Position numbers and translations under genes: made by a program
IMG/VR virus record: IMGVR_UViG_3300042878_001023
Coordinates: 32,001-96,000 of that record
Reading direction: 5' to 3' (one strand)
Source: a virus
Taxonomy: Duplodnaviria; Caudoviricetes
Length of the DNA stretch: 64,000 nt
The notes under the pieces: generated by a model
Databases searched by the model: none
Told to the model about the DNA's origin: nothing
The model's input: only the letters and a program-made list of their open reading frames with translations
Shown here: positions 40,232 to 50,726 of the stretch, one piece after another
How positions within the stretch are numbered: position 1 is the stretch's first letter
How the letters are laid out: every line of letters begins with the position of its first letter

Positions 40232-41506
40232 TTAAAATGTACGTCTGAATATATTAGTATTCTGACGCTGTACTGTTTTTTGTGGTTTATTTGAAGATCT
40301 CATATCTTCTCCTGCACCTGTATTAGTTGAAGAACTAGATAATTTTCTAGACTCTTCAGTTTTTAATGTTCTAACTGTTTTCTCTATAGCAGCTTTAGAA
40401 CCTTGTTCTTTAATTTTTGCTTCAAATCCTTCTGGATCAGAAAGCAACCAAAGAGCTTTAGCAATTAACCCATGGTTTGGTTCAACAAACTGATATTTCT
40501 CTAACAAGTGCCCTAACAAGTTTGTATTCTTACCTGATATAGAAGGGTAATTTGGTTGAACTAATCCTGAATAAAGAACACTTTGTGTTTTCTTATCTAA
40601 CTTAACTCCTCCAATTTCTCCCGCTGCAAGTGTGTTATAAACACTATCAGTATAAGCTCTTGCTTGTTTTTGTTGTTGTTCTTTCTTATGCTCTTGCTCA
40701 GCTAATTGTCTTGCAACAATCTCTTCTTGCATTCTATCCAATTTAGGTTTAAACTGATTAGCTTTTTGCTCAAGCTTATTCATATCAGCCCAATCTTGGA
40801 TTTCAGATTCAATTTCTTCTGCTGTTCCAAAGTTAGTTGCCCAAAGATATTGTCTAGCAATTTCTTCTTGATCAGCTTCATTAGATGGATCAAGTTGCAC
40901 AATCTCTTCAACATGTGCTAAGGTTCTAAACAAACCTTTAAGGTCTTGTCCACCATCAGCTACATATTTAGCAGCAATTTGAAGTTCTTCAGGAAGAGCA
41001 TTAAAAAATTCTTTAGGAACCTTTGCTTTTACAGCATTTTCTCTTTCTTGAAAATTAGCTTCAAACAATTCTCTAAAATCTTTAGTGCTATACTCCTCTA
41101 AAGGTTTCTCATCATCAAAAGGCATTAGAGTACCTTCCTCAATCATTTTTTGTGCTAAATCATAAAGACCTTCTTTATCTACTTTAGGTCTTCCTTTTGT
41201 TCCAGCTGTTTCTTCTTGAGAAATTAAATTATCTAACTCAGCAATAGTTTCTTCAACTTCTGCTTTATCCTCTACTGCTTGAGCTTTTTCTTTTGCAGTA
41301 CTTGTTGTATTGTCAAGGAACGTAGTGTCAATGTTTTCTTTGGAGAACATGGTCTTAGGCTTACTTTCTTCAGCTGTTTTCCCATCTTCAGGAACCATGA
41401 TGTTTGCAGCACCAGGGTTTCCAAATAATTCATCAATGTTTACATCAACCTGTTCTACCGTTGTAGAATCTTGAATGTCATCAAGATTAGTTGCATCTTT
41501 GTTCAT
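40232..41506 (-). CDS. Putative capsid scaffolding protein (424 aa)
   Basis: Acidic N-half, coiled coil, between portal and MCP. Confidence 0.7.
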   Translation of the reverse strand: MNKDATNLDDIQDSTTVEQVDVNIDELFGNPGAANIMVPEDGKTAEESKPKTMFSKENIDTTFLDNTTSTAKEKAQAVEDKAEVEETIAELDNLISQEETAGTKGRPKVDKEGLYDLAQKMIEEGTLMPFDDEKPLEEYSTKDFRELFEANFQERENAVKAKVPKEFFNALPEELQIAAKYVADGGQDLKGLFRTLAHVEEIVQLDPSNEADQEEIARQYLWATNFGTAEEIESEIQDWADMNKLEQKANQFKPKLDRMQEEIVARQLAEQEHKKEQQQKQARAYTDSVYNTLAAGEIGGVKLDKKTQSVLYSGLVQPNYPSISGKNTNLLGHLLEKYQFVEPNHGLIAKALWLLSDPEGFEAKIKEQGSKAAIEKTVRTLKTEESRKLSSSSTNTGAGEDMRSSNKPQKTVQRQNTNIFRRTF

Positions 41507-41612
41507 GTTGTTGGTTTTGGTTTATAATTTAATATAATAAATAAACTTGATAAATTTAAAATTCTTAAAAACATTTTTTGCATTATATAGCTAAGGTTAT
41601 TCTTTTTTTTAT

Positions 41613-42332
41613 TTATAAGTATTTAAAATAATGACCTTTTGTTAAACCTGATTTAGATTTACCTTTACATACTCTTGTTATATGTGTAGGTTCAATTTTA
41701 AAAAACTTTGCTGCTTCAGTAACACTTTTAAATTCAAATAATACTACACCTTCTTTAGTTATATTACAAACAGGTTTTTTAAGTTTTTCACTTAAATAAT
41801 TAAAACAATCAGGATTTTTTTTATATTTTTCTTTTAATTTTTGAGAATGTTTAACACCTATTTCTTTTCTTTTTTCATCACTTAAATGACCATAACCCAA
41901 TAAAGTCAAACCTTCAGCATGCTTTTTTTTCATTATTTTAGAATGTCTTTTATGTTTTTCTTTCCAAAGTTCTGAATTTTCTAAAGATTTAAGTCTTTTT
42001 TCTTTGCTTTCATTAGTTGCTTTATAACCTGTTGTTCCTTCACCTCCATCAGTATGATTTGTTAAATCAAAACCCCAGGTTTTAAATTGTGCAATCCAAT
42101 ATTGTTCTAACCAAATCCATTCACCTTTAATATTGTCTATAACAACCATCTTAGGTTTTTTATCTTTTAATGAAAGATGTTTAACCCAACTATTTACTTT
42201 ACTAAGTCTTATAGATCTTTTCCATTGGTAAATATGTTGATTATATCTGTTTTGAGGTTTCACATTAGTTTTACCAACATATCTTACTTTATCAGTTTCA
42301 GGATCTACTAAAGTATAAATATAAGTTATCAT
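41613..42332 (-). mobile_element. Free-standing GIY-YIG homing endonuclease with NUMOD3/NUMOD1-like DNA-binding repeats
   Basis: YIYTL-x9-YVGKT, RYNQH, LEQYWI, LTNHTDGGEG; C-terminal FKSVTEAAKFF...ITRVCKG; interrupts portal-scaffold adjacency; ATGA overlap with portal stop. Confidence 0.85.
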
Positions 42333-45070
42333 ATTTTTTTATCTGCTTTTAATTCACTTTTTGTTTTATTTTCTCTTGCAATTTCTAATTGTTTATTAGC
42401 AATTTCTCTTTGTACTTGTAGTTTTTCTCTTTCAATTTGAGCTTTTGTAGAATCAGCATTCTGTCTATTAGTTTCTTTTTCTCTTTGAAGATTCATCTGA
42501 TCTTGAAACTGTTCACTATCTTTAATATCCTTCATAGCATCAATATAATCAGATTGCATGTTTTGATCTATATCAACCATAGATCCCATACCAGCCGCTC
42601 TAATCTCAGCAACAAGAATATCTCTTTGTCTATTTTTCTCATCTCTCAACTCTTGAGCATCAATTTCCATTTTCTTTTGTCTTTCTTGAGATTCAAGTTG
42701 TTGAGTTTGCATTTCTTGTTGTTGCTGTTGTTCTTCTTGTTTTTGTTTTTGTTGTTTTTCTTCAGCAGCTTTAAGAGTATTGTTAACTTCAGATACTGTA
42801 TCCGCTTGTACAAGTTTTCCTAAATCATAGATAGTAGCTCCTGTAGTATTATTAGTCATAGCCATTTGTTTTAATTGTTCCAACACTGCTCTATGGTTTG
42901 CTGTTGTACTGCAGAATATATTAAGATCTCTTAATAATAAATCAGTTCCATTTATTTCAAAGTTTACTTTTTCATCACTAGATGTCATATAGGAAAGTCT
43001 TGCTGACGGCTTTGTTGATTGATAATACTGAGCAACATCTGTTCTCATTGTATGCACTCTAGGCATTAAGTAATCACAGTGCTGTATAAAGTATACTTCA
43101 GTTTGTGCATAAGATGCAGAAGCAGCTTGCTCTACTCCTGTAGCAGTCATTTGAGATAACTGTTGTCCCAACCTTTGAGGATTAATTCCAATTACATCAT
43201 ATGCTTGTTGTTTAAAATGTTCTGATAATTTAATCCTTGACATTAACCTATTTGTTTGCTCAAGATCTAATTTTTGGAAATGTTGAAAGTTTAATGGATT
43301 TTCAGTATTAGTAATAGATGTATCAAGTGGTAACATCTGGAAATTTTTCATAGCAACATAAGCTTTTGCCAGGTTGTTTTTTCCCCAGTCTTCACCAGCT
43401 GAATGTCTTGGTAATGCATTTTGATCAAGTAATATTACAGTACCTAACTCATCAACAAGTATGTCAGCTATTTGATTGTTTACAATATTGTATCCAATCT
43501 GATAAGGCTTCATTAAATCTAACAAAGATGTTGACTTAGTATTTCTATCTGAGAACACAGCTCCTTCTACAGGAAGCTTACAACCATACAAACTATTGTC
43601 ACCTTTAAATTGAAACTTTAATGGTCCAATATGATTTTTATTTACACCAATATATAGTGGAGAAAATCCTCCAGGATTATTCATACCCCAAAATGAAGGA
43701 ATATTTGGACCAATTTTTACACCACCCCAAACTTCATTAATCCATATCCAGTCAATGTGCTCTCCATATACAAGATTTTCTTTTGTTTTATTCTTAAATA
43801 GTCTTGTATCATAAATTGGATTATCTGTTACTTTATAATCTTCAGTTATAATCTCATTAATAACTTCTCCGTTTTCTTTTATTTTTGTTAAGTGGCCAAC
43901 TTTTCTTTGAGATTTCCAATAACAAGTTGTAACTCTTAATAGATATGCTGTACCTTGGTCATAGTAATCTTCTCCTTCAGAAAGAATTTGATTAATTATA
44001 TCTCCACCATCATATACTGATCCAGCCATCATTGTGGTATATTGTCTATATGCTAATGAAGGCATGTTAGTATTCCACTCATGAGACTTAGTAGCATCAT
44101 AGAATGTACCATCATTTTGACCACCAATAGCATAACCAGCAGATCTGATTGGATAGACTGCTTCCAATGCTTCATGTTGTTCTTCCGTAAGTACATAACC
44201 ATACTTATCAATTACATCAGCTACAGTCATCATGTCTACTTTACCTACCCAGTTACCTTGAGAAATATACCTTGCATCAGGAGACTTGTGATAAAAAGTA
44301 ACAGGAGGATTCCATAGTTCTACTTCATAGTCATCTTCCATCATACGCATGTGCCAAAACTCTCTATCTGTAATAAGCATGTCTCTAAAGGCTCTTTCTT
44401 CAAGTTCTTCCATTCGGAATCTTTCAACATCTACCTTATGTTGGTGAGAAGCCCACTGCTCTACCATTGATCTATAATCTTTCTTAAAGAAGCCTTCTAT
44501 TTCTGGTAAAGATTTTAAATTTTCAGGAGCTAATTGTTGTTGTGCTTCAGGAGAGTTGGGGTCTAACCCTTGTTCCATTAATGCAGCTTGTATTTTTACT
44601 TTTGCATCTGACATTAGAGTATCTTCTACCATCTTTCTTTTTTGCTCCATCATCTCATTATATGAGAAATCATCAATGGCTCTGTAAGTAAGTTTGGTAG
44701 ATCTCTTAGCAAATTCAGCTACAAGAACATTAATAACATTTGGAATAATAGGATAAAACTTTAACTCTAAAGCAGACCAGTCTTCTCTAGTTAATACATC
44801 AACAATCTCTTTCATTTCATTGTTTTCTTCAACTATGTAGTCTGACTTATCTATAATACCTTTAGCAAGCTTATAGTTTTTCATCAGCCTCCGTGCATTT
44901 CTACGGATTTGTTTTAACCCATTCCACTCTAACCAGTCAAGATTCCAAGCTGCCCACTCATCATCCTTTTCTTTTTTAGGAATAAATTGCAATGGCTGAG
45001 TAATACTACCCATTCTATTATGAGAGGCCTTTGCTCCTTTTTTGAGCTGCATTGCGTTAAATACTTGCAT
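42329..45070 (-). CDS. Portal protein (913 aa)
   Basis: Directly after TerL; FYPIIPNVINVLVAE, SLLDLMKPYQIGYN, GINPQRLGQ motifs and C-terminal Q/E-rich coiled coil (barrel). Confidence 0.85.
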   Translation of the reverse strand: MQVFNAMQLKKGAKASHNRMGSITQPLQFIPKKEKDDEWAAWNLDWLEWNGLKQIRRNARRLMKNYKLAKGIIDKSDYIVEENNEMKEIVDVLTREDWSALELKFYPIIPNVINVLVAEFAKRSTKLTYRAIDDFSYNEMMEQKRKMVEDTLMSDAKVKIQAALMEQGLDPNSPEAQQQLAPENLKSLPEIEGFFKKDYRSMVEQWASHQHKVDVERFRMEELEERAFRDMLITDREFWHMRMMEDDYEVELWNPPVTFYHKSPDARYISQGNWVGKVDMMTVADVIDKYGYVLTEEQHEALEAVYPIRSAGYAIGGQNDGTFYDATKSHEWNTNMPSLAYRQYTTMMAGSVYDGGDIINQILSEGEDYYDQGTAYLLRVTTCYWKSQRKVGHLTKIKENGEVINEIITEDYKVTDNPIYDTRLFKNKTKENLVYGEHIDWIWINEVWGGVKIGPNIPSFWGMNNPGGFSPLYIGVNKNHIGPLKFQFKGDNSLYGCKLPVEGAVFSDRNTKSTSLLDLMKPYQIGYNIVNNQIADILVDELGTVILLDQNALPRHSAGEDWGKNNLAKAYVAMKNFQMLPLDTSITNTENPLNFQHFQKLDLEQTNRLMSRIKLSEHFKQQAYDVIGINPQRLGQQLSQMTATGVEQAASASYAQTEVYFIQHCDYLMPRVHTMRTDVAQYYQSTKPSARLSYMTSSDEKVNFEINGTDLLLRDLNIFCSTTANHRAVLEQLKQMAMTNNTTGATIYDLGKLVQADTVSEVNNTLKAAEEKQQKQKQEEQQQQQEMQTQQLESQERQKKMEIDAQELRDEKNRQRDILVAEIRAAGMGSMVDIDQNMQSDYIDAMKDIKDSEQFQDQMNLQREKETNRQNADSTKAQIEREKLQVQREIANKQLEIARENKTKSELKADKKI

Positions 45071-45072
45071 AA

Positions 45073-48000
45073 CTATTTTATATTTTTAAATGGAGATCTT
45101 TTTACATTTTGTCCTCCTGATGAACTACCTGAAGTCCTCCCCATATGACGGAAAGGACTACTGTTTAATTTAAACAAATTTTCTGACTTCTGCAAGTTTT
45201 TGGCTGCATCATCCATGATGACTCTCTTAGCATAACCTCTGTTTGCTTGCTGTATTCTCATGAATGCAACCAGTGCACAAAATGCTACAAGCCTATCCAC
45301 ATTGACTCCATCTGAGTATGCACCCATTTCTTTTAGCAACATAATATCTGGTATCCTTTCAATACCATATTTAGTTCTTACAATAGTACCATCAGATTTA
45401 GTTTCAACATCTAATTCTTCTTTAGTATATTCTATAGCATAACTTAATAAGTGAGCTTTGAATAATGTTCCTGTATTCTTCCAACCATACTCTTGATATA
45501 CTGAATTATTAGAACCAAGATCTTTTAAGAACATTATTTGACTTTTTGGTACTAAGTACTTCTGCTTCTTTCTAGAGATCATGTACTGGATAAATAATGA
45601 GATGTTATTCTCAATTACTGTCCAGGCATTATACCATTCTATTATTGTCTCAAGTCTTTGGTGAGTTTTATTAATATCATCAAACCTTCCGCACCAAGCT
45701 GCTACAATTTTATCTGGTTCTATATATGTTTCAGTTTCTATACCTGTAACCTTTGTTACTTCTACAGGAGCTTTCATTATATATATAGAACACAAAGATT
45801 CAGATGTAGTTGTATTATGTGTAAGCAAAGCATGTTCTGTAACATAAAGATTATCCGGTGCATCAACTGATATACAAATTGCTTCTGCATCATTAATGTA
45901 TTCTATATTTGTTATATATCTACTAAATACTTTTGATAGTTTGTATATATCTCTTTTTCTTTTCAATCTAAAAGGTGTCAAGCCTTCAGGTAATAAAACT
46001 CTTACAATATATGAATTTAGATGAGTTGTTTTTTTACATCTTATTTTTGCTATTCCTCCAAGTGATTGTACTAATTCAACAACTTGATAAGCCATTATTT
46101 TTGATGATGAATAAAATTCAGCACCATGATTTGAATAAGAACCATCTGTATCCATTAAACCCTGCAATAAAAGAAGTCTTGAGTATATAGTTGAATACAT
46201 ATATTGATGAGGTATATGTTTATCTTCAGATCTTCTGCCTTTTAAATCTAAGGCTTTTAATTTTTGTGTTAATGAATTTCTTGAACTACCCTTTGTTACA
46301 ATTGCATAATCACAATTTGAATTTTTTACTTTTTTTATTAATAAATCATCATCTAACAGGTGTTCAATATAAGTAATTAATTCTTCATCAACTGTACTAA
46401 ATCTAATAGATTTTTGTGATAACGCTCCATCACCTAAAAGTAAACCTAACAAGTAAGGATGAATAGACAACTCTGTAGAACCCTTAAAGAAAACTGGTTT
46501 AGTAATAGGGATAGACCATTTATTTCTATTTTGTTTATCCTTGTAATAAGTAGAAATTGTGTATTCTTTTTTAATATTTTTACTCGTACCTGTATAAGTA
46601 ATTGTTTTAGTATTGTCTAATAAATCTTTTACAGAAAGGGTAATGTATCCTTTTGTACCACCATTCAATTTTACATTCCATAAGTGATCTTCACATACTT
46701 TAATATTGTGTCCATCACTAAATGTAATTTTACATAATTTTTTAATACCTTGAGGATATACACCAATTACATTTATTGGTTGACCATCAGAACCAATCAC
46801 TTTATCTCCTGTTTGTATATCACCTATTCTTTTTCTACCTGTTGGTGTATATAACATATTATCAACATGTTCAGCTTTACCTTCAGCTACGGGGTCAATA
46901 GAAGCATAGTACATTCCAAAGTTAGGATTCTCAACGGGTCTTTCCCATACTACAAGAACTCCTGTTTTATCTTCAGTATTTTTTGTAATTGGAAATTCTG
47001 TAATTGGTCTTTTATTACTATGCTCTGGAAGTATCTTTCCATTGGCATCTCTACCTAAATCTAAGAACTCATATGGGTAATCTTTATCTTCAATTCTTCT
47101 TTGTTGTGCTGTTACCAAATGCATTGGAAACTTAGATACTGTTCTGTTAGCAAAAGCTTCTTCAATGTTTCTTGGATGCTGAGAAATCCTTAGCTGATAT
47201 GTTTCTGGATCAAGTTCTTTTTTCCATTTTTCAAACTGATCATCTAATGCTTCTAATGCTTCTTGTACTTTAGAATTTCCAAAGTTATCAATATAGGGAG
47301 GCATAGACCATTGCTCAGGTATAAATAACCCAGATTTTCCTACAGAACCTTTATTATCTAGCAAATCAGTTTCTACAGAGTATATATCATTTTCAGTTGG
47401 ATACAGAATCATTTTTCTTAATGGTTCACATTGAGATAAATCCCCCACTGATCCTGCTGCAATAAACATACCTGTAGTAGTTAAACCAGATCTCATTGCA
47501 GGACGCATATACTCATATGTATTATTCATTCTTGGAGCAATACCAGCCTCCTCATGGAAGAAGTACTTAACCGGACCCCCTACACCATTTGTTGGATCTT
47601 TCTCAAATGACATACCTTGGATAGTACCTTTAAGACCTACTTCTGTTTTTCTGTCCCCTCTCCTTACCTCAATCTTCTGTTGCCACATCATCACCTTGTC
47701 TGGAGACATAGGTCTATACCATGCTGTATGTTCATTAAGAAAAGCCGCGTACTCTTGTAAAAACTTCCAGGAACCTTTCTCATTAATGTAGTCTTTAAGG
47801 CTAGCACCAATCTTTAGAGTAACCCCTTCTTCAAACCATTGCTGGTTAAGAAGTTTAGCCATGTGATAATATGAAGAAGCTATCTGTCTTTTCTTTAAAA
47901 TAGCTACATGGTTATAATTTAATTCTGATAGTATTTCATAAAGAGCCATGTGATATTGAGCATCTCTAATATCAGCAAAACCAAATTTTTGAATTTCTTT

Positions 48001-48348
48001 GTTAAAGATAGGTAAGAAGTTTAACCACATATAGTAGTCTCTAGTCATATACCAAACTTTATCATTTTCTTTTATCAATAGCCCTCTTCTGCATTTTGCT
48101 TTCTGATCATCCCAGTATGTTATAAAATCTTTAGATTTAAAAGGAGCTGTACAGTAAACTTTGTCTTTATTAAACTTAGCTGACTCTTGTGTAAATAAAT
48201 GTGTAGTAGTATCATTGAATTCATACTTACCAGGTTCTTTAAAAACATTAGTTAGTAAGTATTCATAGAATTCTTCTCTTGAGTTAAAGTCAGTAGAAGC
48301 CCATGTACCATTATCCCATGTTGGTATGTCTTGATATATTTCTCTCAT
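45073..48348 (-). CDS. terL: Terminase large subunit containing an intein (1091-aa precursor, ~737 aa spliced)
   Basis: LKKRQIASSY (Walker A-like), FFHEEAG (Walker B), nuclease ASIDP, C-terminal NVDRL. Confidence 0.9.
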   Translation of the reverse strand: MREIYQDIPTWDNGTWASTDFNSREEFYEYLLTNVFKEPGKYEFNDTTTHLFTQESAKFNKDKVYCTAPFKSKDFITYWDDQKAKCRRGLLIKENDKVWYMTRDYYMWLNFLPIFNKEIQKFGFADIRDAQYHMALYEILSELNYNHVAILKKRQIASSYYHMAKLLNQQWFEEGVTLKIGASLKDYINEKGSWKFLQEYAAFLNEHTAWYRPMSPDKVMMWQQKIEVRRGDRKTEVGLKGTIQGMSFEKDPTNGVGGPVKYFFHEEAGIAPRMNNTYEYMRPAMRSGLTTTGMFIAAGSVGDLSQCEPLRKMILYPTENDIYSVETDLLDNKGSVGKSGLFIPEQWSMPPYIDNFGNSKVQEALEALDDQFEKWKKELDPETYQLRISQHPRNIEEAFANRTVSKFPMHLVTAQQRRIEDKDYPYEFLDLGRDANGKILPEHSNKRPITEFPITKNTEDKTGVLVVWERPVENPNFGMYYASIDPVAEGKAEHVDNMLYTPTGRKRIGDIQTGDKVIGSDGQPINVIGVYPQGIKKLCKITFSDGHNIKVCEDHLWNVKLNGGTKGYITLSVKDLLDNTKTITYTGTSKNIKKEYTISTYYKDKQNRNKWSIPITKPVFFKGSTELSIHPYLLGLLLGDGALSQKSIRFSTVDEELITYIEHLLDDDLLIKKVKNSNCDYAIVTKGSSRNSLTQKLKALDLKGRRSEDKHIPHQYMYSTIYSRLLLLQGLMDTDGSYSNHGAEFYSSSKIMAYQVVELVQSLGGIAKIRCKKTTHLNSYIVRVLLPEGLTPFRLKRKRDIYKLSKVFSRYITNIEYINDAEAICISVDAPDNLYVTEHALLTHNTTTSESLCSIYIMKAPVEVTKVTGIETETYIEPDKIVAAWCGRFDDINKTHQRLETIIEWYNAWTVIENNISLFIQYMISRKKQKYLVPKSQIMFLKDLGSNNSVYQEYGWKNTGTLFKAHLLSYAIEYTKEELDVETKSDGTIVRTKYGIERIPDIMLLKEMGAYSDGVNVDRLVAFCALVAFMRIQQANRGYAKRVIMDDAAKNLQKSENLFKLNSSPFRHMGRTSGSSSGGQNVKRSPFKNIK
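45814..46875 (-). mobile_element. Class 3 intein (354 aa) with LAGLIDADG endonuclease, in TerL nuclease domain
   Basis: EGK|AEHVDN...TPTG...IGDIQTGDKV (block A, Ala1); CEDHLW (block B); LLGLLLGDG and LLQGLMDTDG (LAGLIDADG); ICISV (block F); LLTHN|T (block G). Confidence 0.9.
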
Positions 48349-48350
48349 AA

Positions 48351-48866
48351 TTACTGATCATATCCTAATCCAATTCCTCCGCGCACTTTGCTGGATTGTT
48401 CTTCTTGTAAATCTTTATATACTCCTTTAAATGAAGTTCTGATATCATTAAAACTTTTAGCAGCTGCAATAATAGAGTTCATGTTACCGTCCCTACCCGT
48501 AGTAAGTGTTGATGTTTCCATAAACTTTGCCAATCTATCTAGCATAGATGCAATACCTTTATATGCTCTTGATGTTGGTGTTTCATACATTCTTTGACAG
48601 AATAGTAAACCAATAGCAATGTCATCATCTTCTGTAGAAAACTCAGCTTGTATTTCATGAAGAATTATAGATTCTTTATCTATTTCCGGAGTATGAAAAA
48701 ATGGATTCATATCTGGATTAGGACAAGTCATGTAAAAAAAATACTGGTATATCTTTAAGTAGTCATCTGGATAATTATCCATAATATCCTTTAAAGCTTT
48801 CAGTGTATAACAATGTTCAGTAGGAATCACCACACCATTTTGCACATCAAACAATCTTACTATCAT
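48351..48866 (-). CDS. Conserved protein upstream of TerL (terminase small subunit candidate)
   Basis: 171 aa, helical, 2 nt upstream of terL, C-terminal VRGG. Function inferred from position only. Confidence 0.4.
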   Translation of the reverse strand: MIVRLFDVQNGVVIPTEHCYTLKALKDIMDNYPDDYLKIYQYFFYMTCPNPDMNPFFHTPEIDKESIILHEIQAEFSTEDDDIAIGLLFCQRMYETPTSRAYKGIASMLDRLAKFMETSTLTTGRDGNMNSIIAAAKSFNDIRTSFKGVYKDLQEEQSSKVRGGIGLGYDQ

Positions 48867-48867
48867 A

Positions 48868-49707
48868 CTATTTTTTTTTAATTATTATTTTGTTGTCTTT
48901 GATATAATGCATTAAAGCATTAACCTCATCTACAAGATACGGAATTACCATTGGAATTACTTCTTTTATTACAGGATCTCCATTGTGATTTAGTTTAATT
49001 ACTGGATATCCATACTCATCTTCAGATTCAACTTCAAACACAACATGATGAATAAACATTTTTCCTGGTTTTAATTTAGGATTATGTTTAAGCATAATGT
49101 ACATGTAGATGCTTAATTGGATTGCATAGTGATTAAAGTTACAATCATCTAAACTATCTAATGGAAATTGTAATTTGTCTGAAGCTCCTTCCCAGTTTAC
49201 AAAAGATTCTTTCTTAATCTCTTTGTTTGTCTTGTAGTCAATGATATTTATTTTACCATTCACTACCTCAACTAAATCTGACTGACCACATATACCTGCA
49301 GATTTAAGATAAACCATATGTTCAGGATACACTCCTTCTTCTAGCTTCTGATTAGGTGCAAGTTTTATACCGCTTTCTGTTGTTTCATTAGGAATAAATA
49401 TTGGTATGTTCTTCCCATCAACTTCAAGAGATGATAATGCACAAAGATCTGCTTCTCTTTGATTATGGTAATATGTTCCCATAGTAACAGCTCTTTCAGA
49501 TTCAGTTTCCCAAATCTCTTGTATTTTCTTTGGATCAATACCAAACCATTTAGATCTTTTATTCTTAGAAACTTTTGCAGCAATAGACTTAGCATCAAAA
49601 GGTTTTTTAAAGTGAGCGACTAATGTTGTTACACTTATCCAATTGAGTTTATCTTCAGCTGTTAAGCTTTTGTAAGTATGATCTGTTGCACTAAAGTATA
49701 TACTCAT
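48868..49707 (-). CDS. PD-(D/E)XK (RecB/Cas4-like) nuclease
   Basis: SVTT, GTYYH, PEHMV, ICGQSDL, IIDYKT, YAIQLSIY motifs. Confidence 0.85.
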   Translation of the reverse strand: MSIYFSATDHTYKSLTAEDKLNWISVTTLVAHFKKPFDAKSIAAKVSKNKRSKWFGIDPKKIQEIWETESERAVTMGTYYHNQREADLCALSSLEVDGKNIPIFIPNETTESGIKLAPNQKLEEGVYPEHMVYLKSAGICGQSDLVEVVNGKINIIDYKTNKEIKKESFVNWEGASDKLQFPLDSLDDCNFNHYAIQLSIYMYIMLKHNPKLKPGKMFIHHVVFEVESEDEYGYPVIKLNHNGDPVIKEVIPMVIPYLVDEVNALMHYIKDNKIIIKKK

Positions 49708-49708
49708 C

Positions 49709-50011
49709 TTATTTAAGATTATCTAGTTTATCCTCATCTTCTTCTGATATTAATGCTTTCCATACCAAGTCTGGGCAGCTTGATGATAATGATCTTGTTT
49801 TAAAAGAAAGTGAGCAACCACATAAATTACAACAAGGTTGTGTACCAGGCATAACACATGATTTGCCTTCATCATCTCTTTTTACACAAATATTGCATTT
49901 AGCCATTCTTTCGGCTGCTATCTCTTCAACAAACTGATCTCTAATGATGGTATTTTTAATCCCCTCCATTATTTCTTTCCGGTGTTTCCAGATGTTTTGA
50001 AATGTACTCAT
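49709..50011 (-). CDS. Small zinc-binding protein (100 aa)
   Basis: ERMAKCNIC...CNLCGC...KT...CP..W pattern. Confidence 0.65.
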   Translation of the reverse strand: MSTFQNIWKHRKEIMEGIKNTIIRDQFVEEIAAERMAKCNICVKRDDEGKSCVMPGTQPCCNLCGCSLSFKTRSLSSSCPDLVWKALISEEDEDKLDNLK

Positions 50012-50366
50012 TTTTAATAGTTTTAAAATTATTCTTTTTTTCTTCTTCTTTTAAAATGATGATGTCTAGTTCTTTTAATAATTCAATTTTAGACTCTAAT
50101 TTCTTTTTATTAAAGTAAGCATTAAATGTAGATGTATCATGGCTTTTAAGTTTTCTTTCTGCTTCACTTATACCTCTTCTTACATTATAGGCTTTACATA
50201 CAAATTGACCTAACCCATCTACATTAATTCTAGGATGTACAAGATTTGATAATTTTTGTCTTAAATTCTTGTACATGAACTCTACAAGATCCTCAATTAA
50301 ATATTCACTAATACTTAACTCTTCTGAAAGAGTTTTATACAGGTTGTTTGTTTTCTTCGGATTCAT
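49956..50366 (-). CDS. HU/IHF-like DNA-binding protein
   Basis: Two helices then RINVDGLGQF, matching the HU/IHF [IV].[LV].GFG.F arm. Confidence 0.6.
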   Translation of the reverse strand: MNPKKTNNLYKTLSEELSISEYLIEDLVEFMYKNLRQKLSNLVHPRINVDGLGQFVCKAYNVRRGISEAERKLKSHDTSTFNAYFNKKKLESKIELLKELDIIILKEEEKKNNFKTIKNEYISKHLETPERNNGGD

Positions 50367-50724
50367 AACCTAATAATTTATAATCAAGAAGTATTGTCCC
50401 TGTTGTTTGAATTTTTAAATTTGGATTAAGCATAACTTGTTTTTTATTATTTGGATCTTTAATTACCAATCCAATTTTTTCAGATTTGTTAATACAGTTT
50501 CTTACTGTCTGTGGAGATTTAAATATCCAATCTTCTTCAGAAGATGCATCATAACAAAAATGAGTTAATTCTACTGGTTGATTAAAACTTAATAATGTCA
50601 AACAATTTAAATCAGAATCACTCATTACTACACGGTTAATGTAGCAATGAGTTAATATCTGAAACTTAACCACATCCCATTTAGGCATCTTCACCTTTTT
50701 CTGAACTTGGTTAACTGTTGCCAT
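50335..50724 (-). CDS. Putative winged-helix DNA-binding protein (129 aa)
   Basis: KSPQTVRNCINKSEKIGLVIK...VMLNP resembles a wHTH recognition helix and wing. Confidence 0.45.
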   Translation of the reverse strand: MATVNQVQKKVKMPKWDVVKFQILTHCYINRVVMSDSDLNCLTLLSFNQPVELTHFCYDASSEEDWIFKSPQTVRNCINKSEKIGLVIKDPNNKKQVMLNPNLKIQTTGTILLDYKLLGYESEENKQPV

Positions 50725-50726
50725 AC

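Noticed and set aside
41604-42342. ATAAAAAAA direct repeat on both sides of the GIY-YIG gene as a target-site duplication
   Set aside because: Low-complexity 9-mer in very AT-rich DNA; not distinguishable from chance without an empty-site allele.
48868-49707. Cas4 / CRISPR-associated role for the PD-(D/E)XK nuclease
   Set aside because: Lacks the four-Cys Fe-S arrangement and no array or cas genes nearby; solo nucleases are common near crAss-like terminases.
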